64,000 nucleotides of DNA from a bacterium (GTDB lineage: Bacteria; Omnitrophota; Gorgyraeia; Zapsychrales; Zapsychraceae), in NCBI GenBank assembly GCA_030429765.1, contig JAUIER010000007.1, forward strand, positions 4,372 through 68,371. The letters run 5' to 3'. The position numbers and the translations under genes were made by a program. Below, piece by piece: positions 18,699 through 28,841 of the stretch. A model generated the notes under the pieces. That model did not search any database. It had not been told where the DNA came from and worked only from the letters and a program-made list of their open reading frames with translations. Each line of letters starts with the position of its first letter. Within the stretch, counting starts at the first letter, position 1.

Positions 18699-21600
18699 AA
18701 CGATTTGTGCTGGCAACCTATACCATATTTCTTCCCTGGCAGCTGAAATTCCCAACGGTTCCGCTGGTCTCGATGGTGAATGTCTATTTGCTATTGCTGT
18801 TCGTGACCCTGGTCGTGAGTGAGAAAAAGGGGCTGAACATGAAAACGCGACCGGCCTATCACTTTCCGATTGCATTATTTTGGATGATCGCCACCTTTTC
18901 ACTCATCAACGGGATTATTCAGGTGACGCAGTTTGTGGGGCTGCCCGTCATGGAATTGGTCACGGAATTCAAGCGGATCGTGACGCTGGTTTTGGGTTAC
19001 TACGTATTTACGTATTGTGTGACAACCAAGGAGGATCTGAGGTTCTTTACACATGCGTTCGTGCTATCCATCGTTTTGGTTGGAGTGCAAACAATGCGAA
19101 CAGGTGTTTTAGGCGGCGCCAATTTCGGTGATCACAAGCGGGCCTACGGACCGTTCGGGGTAGACTACAATGCCTCAGATATTGCCGGGGGATTCATCGC
19201 CACCTTCACGCCATTTGTGTTCTCCTATTTTCTGTTTGAGAAAAACAAACTGTTCAAGATGGCGGCCGCTGTGGGTCTGGGGATCTGCGTGATGGGACTA
19301 TTCGCCACCTATGCGCGCGGCGCGCTTCTGGCCTTTGTATTCGGCTGCGCCGTTATGTTCGCGCTGGCCCTACCTGAATTGATGAAGCGTTCCAAGCTCT
19401 ATGGCGTGTTTACTGTGTTTGCGCTCATCGTACTGATGGCCACCTGGCAGGTCTGGGTTCCGGAGTCCATCATCAAACGAACCAGTGAAACCGTGGTCGT
19501 CTCGGAAGAGGAATCGCAACCCAGCATCCTCGAGGTCGAATCGATGTACGAACATGTGGGGTCATTGGACACCGCCGGATTGCCGGCCGGATTTGATAAG
19601 CTCGACCTGAGCTCTCAGATGCGCATCCTTCGCTGGCGGAATATGATGAACCTGATCCAGGAAAATTTCATGTTCGGTATCGGATTTCGTCAGACACTCT
19701 ATCTGTACGACGTGGACGCCCACAATTCATTCCTGCAAATCGGGGCGGAAATGAGCATCTTTGGTCTACTGGTCTTTCTATGGATGCTGTTCTGCGTGTT
19801 CCGGGAGGGATTTAAGCTCATGAAAACCGAATACGCTATTCTGGGCGCCGGTGCCGTGGGGGCGATCGCGTCGTTCTGCGCCGTAAATAATTTTTATTCC
19901 AATTTCTTCCGCAATACCGTCGTCGGAACCTTTTGGATCGCATTGGGACTCCTGGCAGCGGCCAAGCGGCTCTATCTAGATAATCAAGTCAAGGTTGTCG
20001 AGGTGAAGCCTAAGACCCCTCAGCGCAAAAAAGTCCGTAAAGATAAGTACTATGCCTGGGTTGTCATTTTCCTGTTACCTGCACAAACGGCCTGGGGATC
20101 AATTGAAGCCGATCGTTGGTACGATCTGAAACAGACCCCCACGCTTAACGTATACGACGATCTTTCGCGTCCCAACGGCAAGATCTGGTACGTTGATGGG
20201 ACCAATGGTAATGACAAAAATGCAGGCACTTCATGGAAGACTCCATTCAAGACCATCAAGCGGGCGGTCAATTCTCATGGCCCGGTCCGGGCGGGCGACA
20301 CAGTGCTCATCAAGGCCGGACGTTACACCGAAAGTTTGTTTATCCGGGCACAGGGCGAGGACCATAACCGTGTACTTATTGGTCCAGCTGGAGACGGGGA
20401 GGTCGTCATTGATGCATCCATGCAGCTCGGTCCCTGGACCCAATTTTTCGAGGGCATTTACAAGACCGCATGTCCAACCAAACCAACCGCTGTCGTGGCG
20501 CAGGATATCCCCCTATACCCGGAAGTCACCCTGGACGCCCTGAAGCCATCGCGCTGGTTTTATGATGAAAAACAACGCCAGCTCTATGTGCATACACCGG
20601 ACGGAACATCGCCGGCGGACCAGGAATTCGGCGTGGTCCGCGATGATAAGTTCGCGAATGCCATCAACTTTCATGGCGCAACCAACGTCACACTTTACGG
20701 CCTTACCATCAAGTACGCGGGCGGCAAGGGCATCGAGATCCAGGGCCGCAACAACCGGATCGAAAAGTGCAAGATTATGTTCAACGGCAATTCAGGTATC
20801 GTCGCCTGGGTGTACAAAGACGGTAATACCGATAATGCTCAATTTATAAAAAACTATGTCGCTCATAATTTTATCCGTAACTGGCCGCGCGGACGTTACA
20901 AAACCGGCTTTTGGGGATCAGGCATCAGTGGAGGCAATTCCAATAACAGCTTGATCCAGGGCAATATCATCCATGACAACGGGGGAGAGGGCATTAACGC
21001 CATCGGGACGAATGTTCTCATTCAAGACAATCTGGTATATAACAACTGGAGCGTCAATTTGTACGCCAGTGATCGAACCAACGTCACGTTTGATCGAAAT
21101 CTCGTCTATTGTGAAGATCCTGATCGCCAGCATCTGTATAACAACGGCGATCCCAGCCCGAAGGATGGTAAGAATTTTCGCCGGTTGCGCGCCGAAGGTA
21201 TTATGACGGCGGACGAAGGTGAAGTCGGCACCACACACTCGATTAATATCACCAATAATATCATTATCGGCTGTCGACGTGGAATTACGCATTACGGCAA
21301 AGGCAAGGGATCGGGCCTAAAAAATGTCAAAGTCGCACACAACACCATCATCCTGCCCAACAGTAAAGGTTTAGACGAGAGCTTTGTCGGTATCATGATC
21401 CCCTATAACGATGGGTCCAATGCCGGAACAAGCTACACCAACAATATCGTATACGGCACTCACGCGGACAATATCCTGCTGTCGGTGCAAAACAGCCTGG
21501 TCGGAACAGGTGATCCGACAACCGGCATCATGCTGAACAGCAATATTTTTTACAATGCCGCGAATCCCAAAACATTTCATATGGGACCAAGGTGGTCGAC

Positions 21601-21871
21601 GTTTATGCGCACGACCTTCGACAAGATCGCGTCCAAACATCGGCGCAAGGCATGGTTTAACAACAATAAATTTGTCGATCCGCAATTAAGCCGCCCCTTG
21701 CAATATGCCTCGTCCGCGGCACGGCTGGAGGCCGATTCTCCCGCGTATCAGGCCGGCCTGAACACACATCGGATCGTGACCGATTATTTTGCAGCTCCCC
21801 GATCTTCGGACAAGCCAACGATCGGCGCTATCGAACGAAACCCGGAAGTTACAGAGGAAAGCATACCATGA
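18695..21871 (+). CDS. Fusion protein: O-antigen ligase/Wzy-like polytopic membrane domain + extra TM + periplasmic right-handed parallel beta-helix (pectate-lyase-fold) domain
   Basis: Residues about 1-440 have roughly 10-12 TM helices with Wzy_C-like features. A cationic linker (KPKTPQRKKVRKDKYY) and one more TM follow. The next region has the canonical beta-helix N-cap YVDGTNGNDKNAGTSWKTPFKTIKRAVNS..AGDTVLIKAGRYTE and repeated beta-helix turns (NNRIEKCKIMFNGNSGI; GNIIHDNGGEGINAIGTNVLIQDNLVYNN; ITNNIIIGCRRGI). The ORF is uninterrupted for 3177 nt. Confidence 0.7.
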   Translation: MKRFVLATYTIFLPWQLKFPTVPLVSMVNVYLLLLFVTLVVSEKKGLNMKTRPAYHFPIALFWMIATFSLINGIIQVTQFVGLPVMELVTEFKRIVTLVLGYYVFTYCVTTKEDLRFFTHAFVLSIVLVGVQTMRTGVLGGANFGDHKRAYGPFGVDYNASDIAGGFIATFTPFVFSYFLFEKNKLFKMAAAVGLGICVMGLFATYARGALLAFVFGCAVMFALALPELMKRSKLYGVFTVFALIVLMATWQVWVPESIIKRTSETVVVSEEESQPSILEVESMYEHVGSLDTAGLPAGFDKLDLSSQMRILRWRNMMNLIQENFMFGIGFRQTLYLYDVDAHNSFLQIGAEMSIFGLLVFLWMLFCVFREGFKLMKTEYAILGAGAVGAIASFCAVNNFYSNFFRNTVVGTFWIALGLLAAAKRLYLDNQVKVVEVKPKTPQRKKVRKDKYYAWVVIFLLPAQTAWGSIEADRWYDLKQTPTLNVYDDLSRPNGKIWYVDGTNGNDKNAGTSWKTPFKTIKRAVNSHGPVRAGDTVLIKAGRYTESLFIRAQGEDHNRVLIGPAGDGEVVIDASMQLGPWTQFFEGIYKTACPTKPTAVVAQDIPLYPEVTLDALKPSRWFYDEKQRQLYVHTPDGTSPADQEFGVVRDDKFANAINFHGATNVTLYGLTIKYAGGKGIEIQGRNNRIEKCKIMFNGNSGIVAWVYKDGNTDNAQFIKNYVAHNFIRNWPRGRYKTGFWGSGISGGNSNNSLIQGNIIHDNGGEGINAIGTNVLIQDNLVYNNWSVNLYASDRTNVTFDRNLVYCEDPDRQHLYNNGDPSPKDGKNFRRLRAEGIMTADEGEVGTTHSINITNNIIIGCRRGITHYGKGKGSGLKNVKVAHNTIILPNSKGLDESFVGIMIPYNDGSNAGTSYTNNIVYGTHADNILLSVQNSLVGTGDPTTGIMLNSNIFYNAANPKTFHMGPRWSTFMRTTFDKIASKHRRKAWFNNNKFVDPQLSRPLQYASSAARLEADSPAYQAGLNTHRIVTDYFAAPRSSDKPTIGAIERNPEVTEESIP

Positions 21872-22581
21872 GCAAAGTGACGATTTTAATTCCCAGCCGC
21901 TTCAACAATCGCTGGATTCTAGATTTAAATCTACGGACGATCCGAAAGTACACCAAATACCCCTATGAAATTATTGTGGGTGACGCCGGCATGGAGCAGG
22001 AGGCGCTGGATTTCATCGCCGATCAAAAAGATGTCAAGCTGGTCAAATGTCCGGATCCACGGATCCCCAAAGACCATCTGGCACGCCAGGCGCAAACACC
22101 CTATTTTCTGTTTTTACATGATGATGTCCAGATCCTCAAAGAAGGCTGGCTGACTAAACGAGTCAACATCATGGAGTCTGATCCGCAGAACGGTGTGGTC
22201 GGCCCCATCAGCACCAACTATCAGCGTTTAGGACCGATCCGTCGCATCTTTGACCGTGACCCGTTGAAACGGCGATTTTTTCCCTTGGTGATGCTGGTCC
22301 GTAAAGCCATGCAGGACGATCTGAATTTGCGCTGGGGCATAATTGACAAATCTTTTGATACAGGGGGAGTGGCTTACTTTCAGTATCGTGTCCAAAATCC
22401 CAAGCGGTGGAAATTTGTCCCGAAAAAATTTACGGACGATGTGCTGCATTGGGGACAGATGACCTGGGTCATGAAAAAACGCGATCCAGGGACGACGACT
22501 CTAAATGTCGACGCGCTTCAGCAGGAACGGGCGGAGAAGGTCGAACGGATCAAGGAAATTATTCGAACAGAGTCGTACTAA
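21868..22581 (+). CDS. Glycosyltransferase family 2 (short GT-A)
   Basis: VTILIPSRFN...YEIIVGDAG...FLFLHDDVQI carries the GT2 DxD-type and acceptor motifs. Start overlaps the upstream stop (ATGA). Confidence 0.7.
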   Translation: MSKVTILIPSRFNNRWILDLNLRTIRKYTKYPYEIIVGDAGMEQEALDFIADQKDVKLVKCPDPRIPKDHLARQAQTPYFLFLHDDVQILKEGWLTKRVNIMESDPQNGVVGPISTNYQRLGPIRRIFDRDPLKRRFFPLVMLVRKAMQDDLNLRWGIIDKSFDTGGVAYFQYRVQNPKRWKFVPKKFTDDVLHWGQMTWVMKKRDPGTTTLNVDALQQERAEKVERIKEIIRTESY

Positions 22582-22631
22582 GGCCATCCATTCCTTAAAA
22601 CCATGATCAAATCCTTTTTGCAACTATAACC

Positions 22632-24098
22632 ATGAGCAAAGAAACACCCGCCGCCAATTCGAAACTATCAGGCCAAGTCGGACGTGCCGCCAAGTGGAAC
22701 GTCAGCGCGAGTATTTGTGTCCGCGTGCTGGGCTTCCTGACGACGATCATCCTGGCGCGGATTCTGGGACCGGAGGAATTCGGTCTGTTCGCGCTGGCCT
22801 TTGTTGTGATCGACGGGTTTGGTCTGTTCAAGAGCCTGGGATTTGAATCGGCCCTGGTTCAGCGCAAAGATGATAATCCCGTCGCGGCCGACACGGCCTT
22901 TTTTATCATTCCGTTGATGGGGCTAGTCATGTATCTCGTATTAGTATTAGCCACCCCATATCTAGCAAAAGGTTTAGATTCAGCGGATCTCGCCGATGTA
23001 CTTAAATACTTAGGACTCATTTTCATTGTCAACACCTTAACCCGGGTTCCGTATTCACTACTGGAGAAACGGATGCAATTTGGTAAACGGGCGATTGCGG
23101 ATATTATTGCTCAACTGTTTTACTCAGCCGTGGCCTTGACCATGGGTATTATGGGATTCGGTGTGTGGAGTCTCGTGTGGGGCTACTTATCCATGAGCCT
23201 ATCCAAACTCGTGGCCACCTGGTACATGGTGGATTGGCGGCCGAAGTTTCGATTTGATCTGCACATGGCCATTGATATGTTTCATTTCGGCAAGTACATG
23301 TTTCTCGGCAGCGTGCTGTATTTTCTATCGTCAAACTTTGACCGGATCGTCGTCGGCCGCGAGCTTGGCGTCGGTATTCTGGGCGTCTATGCTATTGCCT
23401 ACAACTTTGCGGATCTGATCAATGCACTGCTCGGATACAAGGTCAGTGAAATTTTGTTCCCGGCGTTTTCCAAACTGCAGGATAACCTGTATAATCTGAA
23501 ATCCGCCTATTTGCGGGTGGTCAAGGTCCTGTTGATCATCGTGTTTCCCTATTCAATGGGATTATTGTTCCTGGGCGGTGAATTTTTACAGACGATATTT
23601 GGTGAGAAATGGATCCAGGCCATTCCGGTCCTGCAGATACTCTCGGGAATCAGCGTTATGCATATATTTATTGTCTCCACTAAATCCGTGTTTAACGGAT
23701 TAAAGCGACCCCGCTTGGCCCTGGTGACCGGCATCATCCGTGTCTCACTATACTGTCTGTTTATCATCCCGGTAGGCAAGGCGTATGGGGTAAAGGGCGT
23801 CGCTTGCATGGTCGTCGTCTCAGGAATGCTGGCCACGGCCTTCTGCATGTACAAGGTCAGCCGAATGTTGTCTTTCACGGCCAGGGAACTTTATGATCAT
23901 TTGAAGCCCAGCATCTTTGCCACCAGTTATATGGTGGTGGCCATATGCGCTGGCAAGTATTTATTGGAACAGGTTCATGCCGGCCATCCGGTTATTTTTG
24001 TTTCGTGTACAATTTTAGGTGTGGCGGTTTACGGCTTTGCCGTGTACAAAAAGGACCGTGACATCATCTACAAAGTCAAAAGCATGGTAGGGATGTAG
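22632..24098 (+). CDS. wzx: Wzx-type oligosaccharide flippase (MOP superfamily polysaccharide biosynthesis protein)
   Basis: 488 aa, about 12-14 TM helices; the N-terminus ...AAKWNVSASICVRVLGFLTTIILARILGPEEFGLFALAF is typical of Polysacc_synt/Wzx. Confidence 0.85.
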   Translation: MSKETPAANSKLSGQVGRAAKWNVSASICVRVLGFLTTIILARILGPEEFGLFALAFVVIDGFGLFKSLGFESALVQRKDDNPVAADTAFFIIPLMGLVMYLVLVLATPYLAKGLDSADLADVLKYLGLIFIVNTLTRVPYSLLEKRMQFGKRAIADIIAQLFYSAVALTMGIMGFGVWSLVWGYLSMSLSKLVATWYMVDWRPKFRFDLHMAIDMFHFGKYMFLGSVLYFLSSNFDRIVVGRELGVGILGVYAIAYNFADLINALLGYKVSEILFPAFSKLQDNLYNLKSAYLRVVKVLLIIVFPYSMGLLFLGGEFLQTIFGEKWIQAIPVLQILSGISVMHIFIVSTKSVFNGLKRPRLALVTGIIRVSLYCLFIIPVGKAYGVKGVACMVVVSGMLATAFCMYKVSRMLSFTARELYDHLKPSIFATSYMVVAICAGKYLLEQVHAGHPVIFVSCTILGVAVYGFAVYKKDRDIIYKVKSMVGM

Positions 24099-25198
24099 TG
24101 AAAAAAGTACTCTTCATCATTGATGATCTGTGTATTTCCGGGGCTCAAGTCCATCTGGCCCGGCTCATGGAGGGATTGACGGCCAAGGGTATGGATGTTG
24201 AGGTCCTGGCGCTGGGTGAACTCACAGATCGGCTGGTCATTCAGATCGGACGCGAGCGTATCACACAGTTCAGGGTCGGATCGATCCGCAGCCTGAGCTA
24301 CTGGAATAAAGTCCGCCAACTCACCAACATCATTCGTGATAAAAAGCCGTTTATCGTTCACACTTATCTGAATACCGCGAATATCATTGGTGTCCTGGCC
24401 GCCAAACGGGCGGGGGTCAAGCACATTATTTCTTCCCGTCGAGATATGGGACATTTCCGGACTAAATTTATCTTCATGCTGGAAAAGTACTGCAATCGGC
24501 ACGTCCAGAAAATCGTGTGCGTTTCGAATGCCGCCCGGGACAAAACCATTGAGACCGAGTTTGTGGATCCGGATAAAGTCGTGGTCCTGCACTCGGGGGT
24601 GGATACCGATCACTTTACTCCGGAAAAGAATGACAGTCCGACCAAACGAACGATCCGAATCGGGATGAACGGACGGATGTGGCATGAGATCAAGGGGCAA
24701 CGCTATTTGCTGGAGGCCGCGACCAAGGCCCTGAAGACCAACAAGGATATTCGGTTTGTGTTGATCGGTGACGGCAAACTCAGAGAATCGCTCGAACAAT
24801 ACGCGCGTCAACAAAAAATCATCGACTATGTCGATTTTCGCGGCACGCGTAATGACATCAAAGAGGAGATAGCAAGGTTGGATATTTTCGCCTTTACCTC
24901 ACTCAGTGAAGGATTTTCTAACGCCATCGTTGAGGCGATGTCGATGGAACTGCCGGTCATCGCCTTTGCCAAGGACGGCAACCTTGATATCATCGAGAAC
25001 AACATAAACGGTTATCTGGTCGACTACAAAGACACCACGGCCGTAGCGCAGAAGATTTTATATCTCGCGGAGGAGCATGACCGGCGCAATGAACTCGGAG
25101 CCGCCGCGCGGAAAACTGTACTCAATAAGTTCACCCTGGACCATATGGTCGAGCGGTACAAGAAATTTTACGAAACCATCATGAAAGACGACGTATGA
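24098..25198 (+). CDS. Glycosyltransferase family 4
   Basis: GTG start overlapping the wzx stop. C-terminal TSLSEGFSNAIVEAMSMELPVIAFAKDGNLDII...GYLV. Confidence 0.85.
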   Translation: MKKVLFIIDDLCISGAQVHLARLMEGLTAKGMDVEVLALGELTDRLVIQIGRERITQFRVGSIRSLSYWNKVRQLTNIIRDKKPFIVHTYLNTANIIGVLAAKRAGVKHIISSRRDMGHFRTKFIFMLEKYCNRHVQKIVCVSNAARDKTIETEFVDPDKVVVLHSGVDTDHFTPEKNDSPTKRTIRIGMNGRMWHEIKGQRYLLEAATKALKTNKDIRFVLIGDGKLRESLEQYARQQKIIDYVDFRGTRNDIKEEIARLDIFAFTSLSEGFSNAIVEAMSMELPVIAFAKDGNLDIIENNINGYLVDYKDTTAVAQKILYLAEEHDRRNELGAAARKTVLNKFTLDHMVERYKKFYETIMKDDV

Positions 25199-26400
25199 CA
25201 GCCGATAAAAAGCACATCGCCTATCTGGTCTCATTATTTCCCTGCTGGTCGGAGACATTCATTCTCAATGAGATCCTGGAGCTCAAGGAGCAGGGTTATC
25301 CTTTGTCGATCCTGTCGATCCGATCGGACCTGGAGGACCACATCCACGCCAATGCCCGCCCCTTGATGGAACAAACCAGCTATGTGCACGGAATGGGGAT
25401 GTTTTTGTCAACACTGAAGTACGCGCTGATCAAACCGCATGTGATCTTCCCGACGCTCTTTAAGATGCTCAAGGCCAAATATCCGCCGGGAAAGATCCGT
25501 CTCAAGGACATCTGGTGTATTTTTGTGGCGTGCTACTTTACCGACGTGTGCCGAAAAAAGCGAATCGATCATATCCACGCCCATTTTGCCACGTATCCGG
25601 CGACGGTGGCGATGCTCATCAAACAATTAGGAAATATTCCATACACGTTTACCACACACGCGCATGACATTTTTCTGTACCAAACACTGTTGACGGAAAA
25701 AATAGAACACAGCCGTAAGATTATCACGATCTCCGAGTACAATCGGGCATTCCTGACCAAACATTGTGGACCCCATATCGCGGATAAGATTGATGTGATT
25801 CACTGCGGGATTGATCTCTCGAATTGGGACCAGCCGCAAAACACCCGGGAATCAGAACATCCGGTAATCTTAAGTGTCGGACGATTGACCCGAATGAAAG
25901 GGTTCGAGTATCTGATCCGCGCGTGTGCTGAACTCAAGGATCAGGTCCCGTTTAGATGTCATATCATCGGCGATGGACATCTGCGCGAAGAATTGGCGAC
26001 CTTGATTGTTGAATTAGGTCTGGTTGATCATGTCATTCTGGAAGGGGTCAAGGACAGCGCGGACGTTAAAAAGATGATGGAACGGACCAGCGCCTTTGTC
26101 ATGCCGTCCATCTGGGATGATGAGGACGGACAGGACGGTATTCCGTTAGTCTTGATGGAGGCGATGGCGATGCAGATCCCGTCGGTGGCCACAAAGCTCT
26201 CGGGATTACCGGAACTCGTAGTGCATGAGCAAACCGGGCTGATCGTCGAACCAGGCGACGCATCGGGACTCGCCGCCAGTATCAAGCGTATTCTGACTCA
26301 GGAAGATCTGGCCACCGCGTTGGGAAAAGCAGGCCGTGAGATCGTACACAAGGAATTTAATATCCGGACAAATGCCGGATATCTCAAGGATCATTTTTAG
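25195..26400 (+). CDS. Glycosyltransferase family 4 (WcaL-like)
   Basis: N-terminus IAYLVSLFPCWSETFILNEI (WcaL/colanic-acid type) and C-terminal PSIWDDEDGQDGIPLVLMEAMAMQIPSVATKLSGLPEL...GLIVEPGD. Confidence 0.85.
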   Translation: MTADKKHIAYLVSLFPCWSETFILNEILELKEQGYPLSILSIRSDLEDHIHANARPLMEQTSYVHGMGMFLSTLKYALIKPHVIFPTLFKMLKAKYPPGKIRLKDIWCIFVACYFTDVCRKKRIDHIHAHFATYPATVAMLIKQLGNIPYTFTTHAHDIFLYQTLLTEKIEHSRKIITISEYNRAFLTKHCGPHIADKIDVIHCGIDLSNWDQPQNTRESEHPVILSVGRLTRMKGFEYLIRACAELKDQVPFRCHIIGDGHLREELATLIVELGLVDHVILEGVKDSADVKKMMERTSAFVMPSIWDDEDGQDGIPLVLMEAMAMQIPSVATKLSGLPELVVHEQTGLIVEPGDASGLAASIKRILTQEDLATALGKAGREIVHKEFNIRTNAGYLKDHF

Positions 26401-26587
26401 GATCATCGAGAACATAGACCGTCGATGGTAGACGGGGGAACAGGAACCAATTGACGTCAACATTTTATGTACGGCGGGGATATATCGGGGGATTCAATCT
26501 TTAAACTAGTAGACGCCGTTCGTCGACTAATCCGTTAAAGGGGTAACGGAAGCTGACGGCTGATACGCTAGCAAGGAGTTGGATCAA

Positions 26588-27700
26588 ATGAAGGTATTAT
26601 TTATTCATCCCAATAACAATCTGACCGGGCAGGAATTTTCATTGCTCGAGCGGATGCGCGCGTTGCGCAAAAAAGGGATTCACTGTGAACTGCTTTTATC
26701 GGAACACGGTGACTTTGCCCAATTAGTGGAACAGGATGGATTTCCGACGAGGTTTTTGCCGCTGAACCGACTATTGAAGGCAAACCCCGTCCCGTATTTT
26801 CGAACGGTCTGGAGGATCAGCCGGTTAATCAAGGCCAACGGCTACAAGGTATTGCATTGCTCGGGCTTGTACCCGAACCAGTACGGCCTCCCGGCGGCCC
26901 GCCTGAATCGAATCCCATGCGTGGTGCATGCGAATGCCAGTGTGTACACGGCCTATGATTGTTCGAGAAGTTTTGTCCGTAAAGCTGACTTTGTGTTTAC
27001 GGTCAGCCAGGGAGTGAAAGACCGGCTCATCCAGGTCGGAAAGATCGATGAACGTAAAATCCGGACCGTCTACAATGGCATCGAAATCGTGAGGCCACCG
27101 GATAAAGCGACGGAACGCAAGAGAATTAGGCAGACATATAATCTGGATGATCGCCACTTTGTGTTTGCGCATGTGGCTGAGCTCATTCCACGCAAAGGCT
27201 GCGAGTATTTTGTTGAAGCCGCCCGTTTGCTTAATAAATCCCATCCACAGACCCGGTTTATGCTGGTCGGGAAGGGACATGATGACGCATATGAACGTTC
27301 CCTTAGGGATATCGTAAAGAGGCATGAGCTGGAGAAATATGTTATATTTAGCGGGTTTCAACGGGATGTGCTCACGTTTCTGCAGGCGATGGATACAGTG
27401 GTCCTGGCATCGACATCCGAAGGACTAGCCCGTGTTCTGGTGGAAGCCCAAAAGCTGGGCCTGCCGGTGATAGGATCAGCCATCCCGGGAGTGGATGAGG
27501 TCATTGAGCACGAACAAAGCGGATTGTTAGCAAAACCTCAGAACGCGATGGATTTGGCGGTTCAGATGGAGCGGCTGGTAGTCGATGACAATCTCAGGAA
27601 ACGATGCATCGCCAACGCACTGGAACGCTCTAACCGGCAGTTTAACACGGATCAGAATATCTGTGTAGTCGAACAGATTTATCGAGAATTGGTTAAGTAA
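26588..27700 (+). CDS. Glycosyltransferase family 4, atypical-N-terminus subfamily (paralogue B)
   Basis: MKVLFIHPNNNLTGQEFSLLERMRALRKKG..., a paralogue of the genes at 7425 and 27723. AAGGAG RBS 9 nt upstream of the ATG; the track's earlier start is a TTG. Confidence 0.8.
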   Translation: MKVLFIHPNNNLTGQEFSLLERMRALRKKGIHCELLLSEHGDFAQLVEQDGFPTRFLPLNRLLKANPVPYFRTVWRISRLIKANGYKVLHCSGLYPNQYGLPAARLNRIPCVVHANASVYTAYDCSRSFVRKADFVFTVSQGVKDRLIQVGKIDERKIRTVYNGIEIVRPPDKATERKRIRQTYNLDDRHFVFAHVAELIPRKGCEYFVEAARLLNKSHPQTRFMLVGKGHDDAYERSLRDIVKRHELEKYVIFSGFQRDVLTFLQAMDTVVLASTSEGLARVLVEAQKLGLPVIGSAIPGVDEVIEHEQSGLLAKPQNAMDLAVQMERLVVDDNLRKRCIANALERSNRQFNTDQNICVVEQIYRELVK

Positions 27701-27722
27701 AGCAGACTTAGGTAGTCAATCC

Positions 27723-28841
27723 ATGAAAATATTATCGGTTCAACAAAATAACAAGTTGACAGGTCAGGAAATCTCGCTGCTCGAGCGGATGAAAGCCCTG
27801 CGGGACAATGGGATTGACAATGAACTCTTGCTGCCGGAACCAGGTGATTTCTCGACGATGGTGGAGCGAGAGGGGTTTAAGACATATTTCTGTCCGCTCA
27901 ACCGCTGGTCCAAAACCAATCCGTTTCCCTATATTAAGACGATCCTCGGCATCTCCAAAATTGTCAAGGACAACAAATTTTCATTGATCCATGCCAGCAG
28001 CGTGTATCCCAATCAGTATTGCCTGCCGGCCGCGAGACTCAACCGAATCCCTTGTATGTTCAATGTCAATGCGATGGTGTATAACAATTATGACCTCAAG
28101 AGCAGCCTGGCTCACAAGGCGGATTTTATCATCTCGGTGTCTAAGGGGGCTGAGAAATTAATTCTGGAGCTTTGTCCGGTGCCGGCCCGAAAGGTGATGG
28201 CCATCTATGACAATATAGATGTAGACTTAAGTCAAGTTTCGGCCGAGCAACGCAGCATGATCCGGGCCAAGTACGGTATCAGTGACACGGACTTTTTAAT
28301 CGGACAGGTCGGAGAAATTATCCCCCGTAAGGGATTTGAGTATTTTGTAGAGATGGCGATTGACATCAAATCCCGGTATCCGGCGACGAAATTCATGATC
28401 ATCGGTAAAGGACACGGCGACGACTATGAACATCAATTAAAAAGCCGGATCCACACCGCGGGACTCGTCAAGGACATCATCTTCACCGGCTTTCAAAGTG
28501 ATGTCCTCAACTATATCAATGCCCTGGATATGCTGACACTGAGCGCCTTGTCCGAAGGACTTGGCCGGGTACTCGTCGAGGGACAGAAGCTCAGCAAACC
28601 GGTGATCGGCTCCGATATCGGCGGCATCAACGAGGCCATCGAGCATGAAAAGACCGGCCTGCTGGCCCAGGCCGAAAATTCCCGGGAATTGGCGCACCAG
28701 GTCAGCCGCATGCTGGACGACACAAAATTACGCGATCAATGCGTGGCCAACGCCCTCAAGGAGGCCGCCATAAAGTTTGACCAGCAAGCCAATGTGCACA
28801 AACTGATCGATATCTATAAGGAATTGGTGACAAACGCATGA
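27723..28841 (+). CDS. Glycosyltransferase family 4, atypical-N-terminus subfamily (paralogue C, tandem to B)
   Basis: MKILSVQQNNKLTGQEISLLERMKALRDNG..., collinear with the gene at 26588 along its whole length. Confidence 0.8.
   Translation: MKILSVQQNNKLTGQEISLLERMKALRDNGIDNELLLPEPGDFSTMVEREGFKTYFCPLNRWSKTNPFPYIKTILGISKIVKDNKFSLIHASSVYPNQYCLPAARLNRIPCMFNVNAMVYNNYDLKSSLAHKADFIISVSKGAEKLILELCPVPARKVMAIYDNIDVDLSQVSAEQRSMIRAKYGISDTDFLIGQVGEIIPRKGFEYFVEMAIDIKSRYPATKFMIIGKGHGDDYEHQLKSRIHTAGLVKDIIFTGFQSDVLNYINALDMLTLSALSEGLGRVLVEGQKLSKPVIGSDIGGINEAIEHEKTGLLAQAENSRELAHQVSRMLDDTKLRDQCVANALKEAAIKFDQQANVHKLIDIYKELVTNA

Noticed and set aside
18695-21871. Possibility that the 1058-aa ORF is two genes (wzy plus a secreted beta-helix protein) read together
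   Set aside because: No stop codon occurs in 3177 nt, and the linker plus TM topology is coherent. A fusion is therefore favoured, though a sequencing artefact cannot be excluded without reads (kept as a finding with this caveat).
24068-24814. 248-aa minus-strand ORF antisense to a GT4 gene. Likewise other antisense ORFs in the track: 351..635, 888..1244, 6818..7270, 16472..16888, 26825..27361, 29738..30181, 30224..30622, 48219..48671, 49223..49675, 53222..53743, 54953..55465, 58873..59189, 61283..61723.
   Set aside because: Each lies entirely inside a well-supported gene on the other strand. They have biased, low-complexity or Arg/Pro-rich translations and no motifs. These are typical shadow ORFs.
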